Shown here: positions 57,983-64,000 of the stretch, in pieces | Layout of the letters: the number at the start of each line of letters is the position of its first letter | Position numbering within the stretch: position 1 is the stretch's first letter | NCBI GenBank assembly: GCA_035258845.1 | Contig: DATFWX010000142.1 | Location: forward strand, 2,706 to 66,705 | Direction: 5' to 3' | Source: Polyangia bacterium | GTDB lineage: Bacteria > Myxococcota_A > Polyangia > JAHFDS01 > DATFWX01 | DNA: 64,000 nucleotides | Position numbers and translations under genes: made by a program | The notes under the pieces: model-generated | The model's database searches: none | What the model saw: only the letters and a program-made list of their open reading frames with translations | Told to the model about the DNA's origin: nothing

Positions 57983-58702
57983 ATGTCGACTGCTGCCCTC
58001 CCGGAGGGCATCTCGCGTCCGTACATCCCGAGCCCGCAAGCGCGTGCTCTGGCCCGTCAGATCGAGCACAAATGCCAGCAGCTCGACCAGCAGAACCCGT
58101 TCGAGCTGCTCGGGGTCAGCCCGACCAGCACGCGCGAGCAGATCTGGTCCGCGCATCATCTATTCGCCCGACTGTTCGACCCGGAGCGCCTGGCCGCGCT
58201 TGGGCTCTCGGAGCTGCGCGCCGACGTCGAGCGCATCCGCGCCCGTCTGGCCGGTGCGCTGGCGGCGCTGACCGATGAGACTGCGCGCGCGCAGCAGCTT
58301 GCCCTGCTGGCCGAGCAGGGCCTCGATCAACTTCGCTTCGACGCCGCCATCGAGCTTTATCATCATGCGGCTCGCCTGGCGCCCGACGATCCGCGCTACC
58401 CGGCCCGCCTGGCCTGGCTGCTCTACCACCATCCCAGCCGCGCGCGTGCGCAGGTGATCGGTTCGGTACGCCGGGAGATGGCGCGCACGCTCAAGCTGGC
58501 TCCGGCCGCTCCCGAGCCCTACACCTGGTTGGGCGAGATCTACCTGGCCGACCGCAAGCACGAGCAAGCGATCGAGTGCTTTCGGTGGGCGCTGGCGCTC
58601 CAGGGCGGCTGCCGGGCGGCCGAGCGCGGGCTGCGTCTGGCCACCCTCCGTCAGAGTGAGCGGTGCGAGTGGACGCAGCCGGGCGTGCGCGCGGACGGGT
58701 AA
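57983..58702 (+). CDS. J-domain-like / TPR-like protein divergent from imuA
   Basis: NPFELLGVSPTSTREQIWSAHHLFARLFDPERL is a degenerate J domain (DPE in place of HPD). Helical repeats follow (LAWLLYH..., YTWLGEIYLADRKHEQAIECFRWALAL). Confidence 0.5.
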   Translation: MSTAALPEGISRPYIPSPQARALARQIEHKCQQLDQQNPFELLGVSPTSTREQIWSAHHLFARLFDPERLAALGLSELRADVERIRARLAGALAALTDETARAQQLALLAEQGLDQLRFDAAIELYHHAARLAPDDPRYPARLAWLLYHHPSRARAQVIGSVRREMARTLKLAPAAPEPYTWLGEIYLADRKHEQAIECFRWALALQGGCRAAERGLRLATLRQSERCEWTQPGVRADG

Positions 58703-58716
58703 GCGAGGCCGGGCCT

Positions 58717-59796
58717 TCAGGCGCCGTCGACGGTAACCCCGAACGGCGCCACCGCCTGCAGGATGGCTTCGGGATCGAAGGCCTGCGCGGGCGCCAGCGC
58801 GCCCGCCTTGGCGTAGCTTGATTCGCGCGCCCGCTCGGCGCCGAACGCAATCAGGTGCGCGGTCAGGCCGTAGGGGTCGCGCCCGCGCACGTCGACCACC
58901 CGGCTGCCGCCGGGCCCGCGCGCCTCGACGTGGATGGTGAAGCGGGTCTGGCCGCGCTCCTCGGCGCTCGGGCCCTCGGACCCGGCGCTGATGCGGCGCT
59001 CGAGGAAGCGGCGCACGCGCTCGCCCGCACGCGCCGCTACGGGAATGAACAGGCGCATCAGCGCAATCAGGCGCGGCGTGCCGACGAGGTAGGTCTTGCA
59101 GACGCGGGTTTCGACGTGCCGCGGAACCGTGAGCACCTCCGGGTAGGGCACCAGCAGCGCGGGCCGCGGTCCGGGCGGCTGCGGCAGCGCGATCACCCGC
59201 TTCTCGGCAGCCGGTCGCACCGGCTGCAGCTGGCCGTCCTGCCAGGCCCAGCCGGGACCGCTCATGATGAGGAGCGCGCTTTTCTGGGTCCCCCGCGACA
59301 TCCCGAAGCCGGCCACGGCATAGGTCACGGTGAGCTCGTCGAGCGGGCCGAGAGCGCGCGCGGCCAGCGCGGCCGCCGCGTCGCCCAGCGCGACCTCGAA
59401 TGCGAACGAAGGCACCAGCGCGCAGCCACGCGCGCGCGCGGGCGCGTCGTACCGATCGTAGACCAGCCGCACAAACGGCTGCTCGCCGGTGGTATCGAGA
59501 TAGTGCACACCGTGCTCCACGCAGGCGGCGACGGCCGGCTCACCGAGGCGCGTAAAGGGGCCCGCACACGAGACCAGCACCCGCACGCCGCGCAGAAGCG
59601 GCACCAGCGTGTCGGGCTGGGTGAGGTCACAAACCGCCTGTGCGGCCCCGCCCAGCTCGTCGGCCAGCGCGCGCAGCTTGTCGCGATCGCGACCGGCCAG
59701 GATCAGCGGCAGCCCGCGCTCGCGCAGGGCATGCGCCACCAGGCGGCCCGTATAACCGGTCGCACCCAGCACGGCAACCTGGGCCTCGAGAGCCAT
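58717..59796 (-). CDS. Saccharopine dehydrogenase-like NAD(P)-binding oxidoreductase
   Basis: VAVLGATGYTGRLVAHAL (Rossmann GxTGxxG), about 359 aa, Sacchrp_dh_NADP-type architecture. Confidence 0.7.
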   Translation of the reverse strand: MALEAQVAVLGATGYTGRLVAHALRERGLPLILAGRDRDKLRALADELGGAAQAVCDLTQPDTLVPLLRGVRVLVSCAGPFTRLGEPAVAACVEHGVHYLDTTGEQPFVRLVYDRYDAPARARGCALVPSFAFEVALGDAAAALAARALGPLDELTVTYAVAGFGMSRGTQKSALLIMSGPGWAWQDGQLQPVRPAAEKRVIALPQPPGPRPALLVPYPEVLTVPRHVETRVCKTYLVGTPRLIALMRLFIPVAARAGERVRRFLERRISAGSEGPSAEERGQTRFTIHVEARGPGGSRVVDVRGRDPYGLTAHLIAFGAERARESSYAKAGALAPAQAFDPEAILQAVAPFGVTVDGA

Positions 59797-59907
59797 GGCC
59801 GAGCATCCTATCGAAAAAGCGCGGATTCAACGATCGATTGACAAGTACGGCACCCTACGTGTAAATTTTCGTTCACTTAGGAGGGGCCTTAGCAAGGAGA
59901 GCTTTCG

Positions 59908-60930
59908 ATGCGCACTGCACTCGTCTTCCTGGCGCTCGTGGTGGCCGGCGGCACGATGTTTTCAGCGTGCGGCGGCTCGGGAGGAAACGGCGGCTCGGGC
60001 GGGGCAGGTGGGAGCGGGGGCTCGGGCGGCGGCTCGGGCGGGTCGGGCGGAAGCGGCGGCACCGCGGGGAGCGGCGGCACCGGCGGCGCCGGCGGCAACT
60101 ATGCGCTCGCCGCCGAAATCACCATCGGGCCATTCATGCTTAACCCCGGGGAGGTCACCTACTGCATCACCAAGCGCATGCCGACCAGCGCGAACACCGA
60201 CGTCACGCGCATCGAGTCGTCGCTGTTGCCGGGCAGCCACCACCTCATCTTCTACAAGTCGGCCGACGCCCAGGAAGCGCCCAACCCGACCCCATGCACG
60301 CCTTTCGTGGGCCTCATCCAAGGCACCATCCCCCTTTACATCGCCGAATCACCGGAAGCGCATCTGGACTTCCCGCAAGGGGTGGCCTACTCGCTCCCGG
60401 CCGGCCAGATGTATCGGCTGGAAGCCCACTACATCAACACCACGCAGTCGATGATCACGGCCATGGGCACGGTGCGAGTGTACACGTACACCAATCCCGC
60501 GCAGGTCACCAACCACGCCGACCTGCTGTTCTACGGCAACGCAAACATCAGCATCCCCCCCGGGGCCACCGTGACCGTGGGGCCGACGTTCCATGCCATC
60601 AACGACGGCCGCAAGCTGTTCGCCATGACCACGCACACGCATCGCCTTGGCATCGACGCCAACATCGAGCTCTCAACCGGCGCCAACGATCCGGGCATGC
60701 AGCTCTACGACAACCGGGTCTGGGACAATCCGCCGCTCATGCTCGTCGATCCGCCGCTCCAGATCCCGCCCGGGCAGGGCCTCCGCTTCAACTGCACCTA
60801 CCACAACACCACGAGCGCGACCGTCCACTTCGGCGAGTCGGCGCTCGACGAGATGTGCTTCATCTGGGCCTATTACTTCCCGTCGGCAGGCTTCGACGTG
60901 TGCGCGACCGGCCTGTTCAATCCCTGCTAG
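59908..60930 (+). CDS. Lipoprotein with copper type-II ascorbate-dependent monooxygenase (PHM/DBH)-like His/Met motifs
   Basis: RBS AAGGAG, then MRTALVFLALVVAGGTMFSAC (lipobox), a (GGSGG)n linker, then SHHLIFY...EAHY (CuH-like HH...H) and HTHRLG...DEMCFIW (CuM-like HxH...M). Confidence 0.45.
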   Translation: MRTALVFLALVVAGGTMFSACGGSGGNGGSGGAGGSGGSGGGSGGSGGSGGTAGSGGTGGAGGNYALAAEITIGPFMLNPGEVTYCITKRMPTSANTDVTRIESSLLPGSHHLIFYKSADAQEAPNPTPCTPFVGLIQGTIPLYIAESPEAHLDFPQGVAYSLPAGQMYRLEAHYINTTQSMITAMGTVRVYTYTNPAQVTNHADLLFYGNANISIPPGATVTVGPTFHAINDGRKLFAMTTHTHRLGIDANIELSTGANDPGMQLYDNRVWDNPPLMLVDPPLQIPPGQGLRFNCTYHNTTSATVHFGESALDEMCFIWAYYFPSAGFDVCATGLFNPC

Positions 60931-60938
60931 TGAATTGA

Positions 60939-61868
60939 TCAGAGCGTGCCCGGGATGAGCGTGGTCGGCGCCTGCTCGGGATAGCCGCCCATCCGTTCCG
61001 CAATCTGCGCGTGCTGCGCGTCCAGCCGGTGCGCATCGGCGGCTGCACCCAGTGCCGGCGTGCCCAGCGCGTTGACCAGGCAGCGCGGCCCCCCGCCGCC
61101 CTTGCCGAACAGCTCGCCCAGCTCGAGATCGACCACCGAAAGGCCCCGGTCGGCCAGCTGCCGGAGCAGCCCCTCGCTGAGCCCGTGCGGGGCCAGAAAG
61201 CGCCCGCCCACCGCCAGCGCGTTGCAGGCATAGCCCAGCGCGTCGGCCTCGTCGACCGGGATGACCTCGACGCCGCTGGCGAAGCTTTTCAGCTCGTCGA
61301 GCGACCGATCGACCAGCGCGGCCGCGCATGCGAGCAGCACCGGCCCGCGTGGGGTATCGAACGCGTCCAGGCAGGTGTCGCCGTGGAAGAAGGGATCACG
61401 CAGCTTGACCTCGAGCGTGCGCGCGCCCGCGGGCAGCCGGCTCCGGACCTCGGCCACGCTGTCGTGCACGCTGCGCACCCCGTACGACAGGATGTAGCGG
61501 TTGCCGGGCAGCGTGCACACCTCGGCCTGGCCTTCCCAGGTTGCCTGCGCACGCTCTGTGGCCAGCCCCAGCTTGCGCGCGAAGGCTTCCACGGGCTCGC
61601 GCTCGGCCACCCGATGCGAGGCCCACATGCTCGAGACCAGGAACGTGTTGCCGAGGAGGGTCCCGGCATTGGCCGTGTAGATGAGGCCGGTCAGCGGCGG
61701 CTCCAGGGCTGGCGGCGGCATCACCAGCACGCGGCCGCCCGCGGCCGCGATCGCATCGGCAAGCGCGAGCCACTCGGCGCCGGCACGGCGTGGGTTGGTG
61801 GACGGGCGCCCCTGGGACCGGAAGTTGGAGGCGCCGCGGATGCGCCACGACGGTCCCGGATAGGACAT
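60939..61868 (-). CDS. Amidinotransferase-superfamily hydrolase (dimethylarginine dimethylaminohydrolase/arginine deiminase-like)
   Basis: C-terminal GKGGGGPRCLVN carries the catalytic Cys, as in the DDAH/ADI superfamily. Start taken at MSYPGPSW (61868) inside the longer ORF. Confidence 0.55.
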   Translation of the reverse strand: MSYPGPSWRIRGASNFRSQGRPSTNPRRAGAEWLALADAIAAAGGRVLVMPPPALEPPLTGLIYTANAGTLLGNTFLVSSMWASHRVAEREPVEAFARKLGLATERAQATWEGQAEVCTLPGNRYILSYGVRSVHDSVAEVRSRLPAGARTLEVKLRDPFFHGDTCLDAFDTPRGPVLLACAAALVDRSLDELKSFASGVEVIPVDEADALGYACNALAVGGRFLAPHGLSEGLLRQLADRGLSVVDLELGELFGKGGGGPRCLVNALGTPALGAAADAHRLDAQHAQIAERMGGYPEQAPTTLIPGTL

Positions 61869-61902
61869 CAGGAAGTGGGGACTCGACACGCGCCGGATAG
61901 TA

Positions 61903-62205
61903 TCAGCTTTTTTGCCGAGAATCGCGCACGACTGCGGCCGGCAGGCGGTCGACGAAGCGGACCCCGATGGAGCCGCTCGCATGCGACCAAGCCACCACCG
62001 CGTCCACCTGCACCTTGCGTGCGCCGGCACGCCAGAGCAGGGTCAGCCCTGCCCCTTCGGGCGGCGGCGCAGCAGCGGTCTCGAGATAACCCCCGGTCGC
62101 GCTCAGATTCAGAAGCGTGCCCCGAAACAGCGAGTCCGAGCCGGCGCATTGCACCTCGACCCGGCAGGTCGCCCGCGATTCTCGACGCCTCTCGGCAAGG
62201 CCCAT
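61903..62205 (-). CDS. PilZ-domain protein (c-di-GMP binding)
   Basis: MGLAERRRESRATCRV (RxxxR) and NLSATGGYL (D/NxSxxG). About 100 aa. Confidence 0.55.
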   Translation of the reverse strand: MGLAERRRESRATCRVEVQCAGSDSLFRGTLLNLSATGGYLETAAAPPPEGAGLTLLWRAGARKVQVDAVVAWSHASGSIGVRFVDRLPAAVVRDSRQKS

Positions 62206-62296
62206 CGAAATCCTCCCCGGCTGCCCCTCGCCAAAACCTTGCGCATTGTAGCGCAGTTTGGGGCCTGTGCACGGTTTTGCGCTATTATCGGCCGCC

Positions 62297-62704
62297 ATGG
62301 CCCACTGGCTTCTCAAGACGGAACCGTCCACGTACAGCTTCGACACGCTCGAGAAAGAAGGCCGCGCAGTCTGGGACGGGGTGACAAACCCGGTCGCGCT
62401 GCGCAATCTCAAGCAGGCGGCGGTAGGCGACCAGATCGTGGTCTATCACACCGGCGACGAGCGGGCGGCGGTCGGCTGGGCTGAGGTTGTGGGCGCGGCC
62501 TATCCCGACCCCAAGGCCCAGGATCCCAGGCTGGTCGTGATCGACATCGCGCCCCGGGGCCGGCTCAAAAACCCGGTGAATCTGGCCACCTTGAAGGCCC
62601 ACCCGGGCTTTCGCGAGAGCCCCCTGGTTCGGCAGGGGCGGCTATCGGTGGTGCCGCTCAGCGCCGAGCAATGGGCCGAGCTCAAGCGGCTCGCTGGGGG
62701 TTGA
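62297..62704 (+). CDS. EVE (PUA-like) domain protein
   Basis: MAHWLLKTEPSTYSFDTLEKEGRAVWDGVTNPVALRNLKQAAVGDQIVVYHTGDERAAVGWAEV is the canonical EVE domain N-terminus. Confidence 0.7.
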   Translation: MAHWLLKTEPSTYSFDTLEKEGRAVWDGVTNPVALRNLKQAAVGDQIVVYHTGDERAAVGWAEVVGAAYPDPKAQDPRLVVIDIAPRGRLKNPVNLATLKAHPGFRESPLVRQGRLSVVPLSAEQWAELKRLAGG

Positions 62705-62752
62705 AAAGCCCGCGCGCGGATGATAAGTGAAGCGAATCGCGAGGAGGCGGAC

Positions 62753-64000
62753 ATGCTGTTCTCCGGGATCGACGATCTGAAGACGGCGCTGCGCGGCACG
62801 CTGAGCCTGGGCAAGGATGGGGTGAAGGTCGACGACGAAGCCGCGCTGCGGCGGGAGCTGATCGATCGCCTGGTCTGGAACGCGGTCTTTCACAAGGAGG
62901 AGGCAGTGCGCGAGCTGGCGCGCTGGGTGATCCGGGGCGCGGCGCTCGCGACCGGCGCGCCGTCCGCCTCCATCCAGGGCCTCTACGACGCCATGGGGCG
63001 CGGCGAGGCGGGGGGCTTCACCACCCCGGCGCTGAACCTGCGCGGCCTGACCTACGACGCCGCCCGGGCCGCCTTCCGGGCCGCGCTGCGCAACCAGGTG
63101 GGCGCGCTGGTGCTCGAGCTGGCGCGCTCGGAGATGGGCTACACGTTCCAGCGTCCGGGCGAGTACGCGGCCGTGGTGCTGGCGGCTGCCGTCAAGGAAG
63201 GCTGGAAGCACCCGGTGTTCATCCAGGGCGATCACTTCCAGTTCGCGATCAAGAAATGGAAAAGCGACCCGGCGGGCGAGCGCAAGGCGATCGAGGATCT
63301 GACGCGGGAGGCGATTGCGGCCGGCTTCCTCAACATCGACATCGACAGCTCGACTCTGGTCGACCTGTCGTTCCCGACCCTGCGCGAGCAGCAGAAGGTC
63401 AACTTCGAGCAGGCGGCCGAGCTGACCGCGTTCATCCGCAAGCTGGAGCCGCGCGGGGTCTCGATCTCGGTGGGCGGCGAGATCGGCGAGGTGGGCAAGA
63501 AGAACTCGACGCCCGAGGAGTTTAGCGCCTACATGGAGGGGTATCGCGAGCATCTGGCGCGCCAGGATGGGGGGTCTCTGCGCGGGATCTCCAAGATCAG
63601 CATCCAGACCGGGACCAGCCATGGCGGCGTGCCGGGCCCCGACGGCAAGGTGGTCGAGGTCAAGCTCGACTTCGGAGCGCTCGAGGTCATCGGCGAGCTG
63701 GCGCGCAAGAAATACGGCATGTCGGGCGCGGTTCAGCATGGCGCCTCGACGCTGCCCGAGGAGCTGTTTCACAAGTTCCCCGAGTGTGTGACCTCCGAGA
63801 TCCACCTGGCGACCGGGTTCCAGAACCTGATGTTCGACCATCAAGCCTGGCCCGAGGAGCTGCGCGAGCGCCAGAATGCGTGGTGCAAAGCCAACTGCGC
63901 CGACGAGGCCAAGGCCGGCGAGACCGAGGAGCAGTTCCTGTACAAGACCCGCAAGAAGACCTACGGCCCCTTCAAGCTGGACATGTGGCAGCTTCCGCCC
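62753..64000 (+). CDS. Class II (metal-dependent) ketose-bisphosphate aldolase-like protein, 3' end beyond window
   Basis: RBS GAGGAGG 6 nt before ATG 62753. VFIQGDHF, ISIQTGTSHGG and AVQHGASTLP resemble class II FBA/TBP aldolase metal and phosphate-binding blocks. Open to the window end. Not in the supplied ORF track. Confidence 0.5.
   Translation, partial: MLFSGIDDLKTALRGTLSLGKDGVKVDDEAALRRELIDRLVWNAVFHKEEAVRELARWVIRGAALATGAPSASIQGLYDAMGRGEAGGFTTPALNLRGLTYDAARAAFRAALRNQVGALVLELARSEMGYTFQRPGEYAAVVLAAAVKEGWKHPVFIQGDHFQFAIKKWKSDPAGERKAIEDLTREAIAAGFLNIDIDSSTLVDLSFPTLREQQKVNFEQAAELTAFIRKLEPRGVSISVGGEIGEVGKKNSTPEEFSAYMEGYREHLARQDGGSLRGISKISIQTGTSHGGVPGPDGKVVEVKLDFGALEVIGELARKKYGMSGAVQHGASTLPEELFHKFPECVTSEIHLATGFQNLMFDHQAWPEELRERQNAWCKANCADEAKAGETEEQFLYKTRKKTYGPFKLDMWQLPP

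Noticed and set aside
62642-63844. 400-aa minus-strand ORF
   Set aside because: It runs antisense to the aldolase-like gene, and its translation is low-complexity with no recognisable motif.

Overview
This 64-kb window is about 70% GC and looks like a chromosomal segment of a Myxococcota-type genome. A MYXO-CTERM-like tail, Gly/Ser-rich lipoprotein linkers and many long spurious antisense ORFs support that. It is densely coding, mostly on the + strand. Recognisable blocks, start to end: (1) a benzoyl-CoA epoxide (box) module: divergent BzdR/BoxR-like regulator, boxC, boxB, then a hybrid histidine kinase. (2) An amidohydrolase and a 5'-nucleotidase. (3) An approximately 1.25-kb purine-rich, hairpin-dense non-coding stretch upstream of recQ. 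(4) recQ with an RGG-rich tail, directly followed by a DUF692/DUF2063 (MbnB/MbnC-like) pair with no visible precursor peptide. (5) fhs. (6) A stand-alone fatty-acyl-AMP ligase, a sulfatase-like enzyme, a MYXO-CTERM secreted protein, a FadL porin and a Ser/Thr kinase. (7) A MiaB/MtaB-type radical-SAM enzyme and a polytopic membrane protein. (8) A complete pqqABCDE operon preceded by a PQQ-type beta-propeller lipoprotein. (9) A cupin/cysteine-dioxygenase, cysteine desulfurase and hypothetical gene block, then a thiolase plus FadJ-type beta-oxidation pair. (10) GNAT, an orphan Dam-type methylase, a GT39/ArnT-like glycosyltransferase and hemF. (11) An S9 peptidase whose start is preceded by a perfect tandem duplication of about 98 bp carrying stacked RBS+ATG units. 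(12) A Cys-rich lipoprotein, gltA, queF and the SOS mutagenesis cassette imuA-imuB-dnaE2 with a LexA-box-like site. (13) A copper-monooxygenase-like lipoprotein, and DDAH-like, PilZ, EVE and class-II-aldolase-like genes. No rRNA, tRNA, CRISPR or transposase was recognised. The most unusual items are the orphan DUF692/DUF2063 pair, the structured non-coding region, and the tandem leader repeat.
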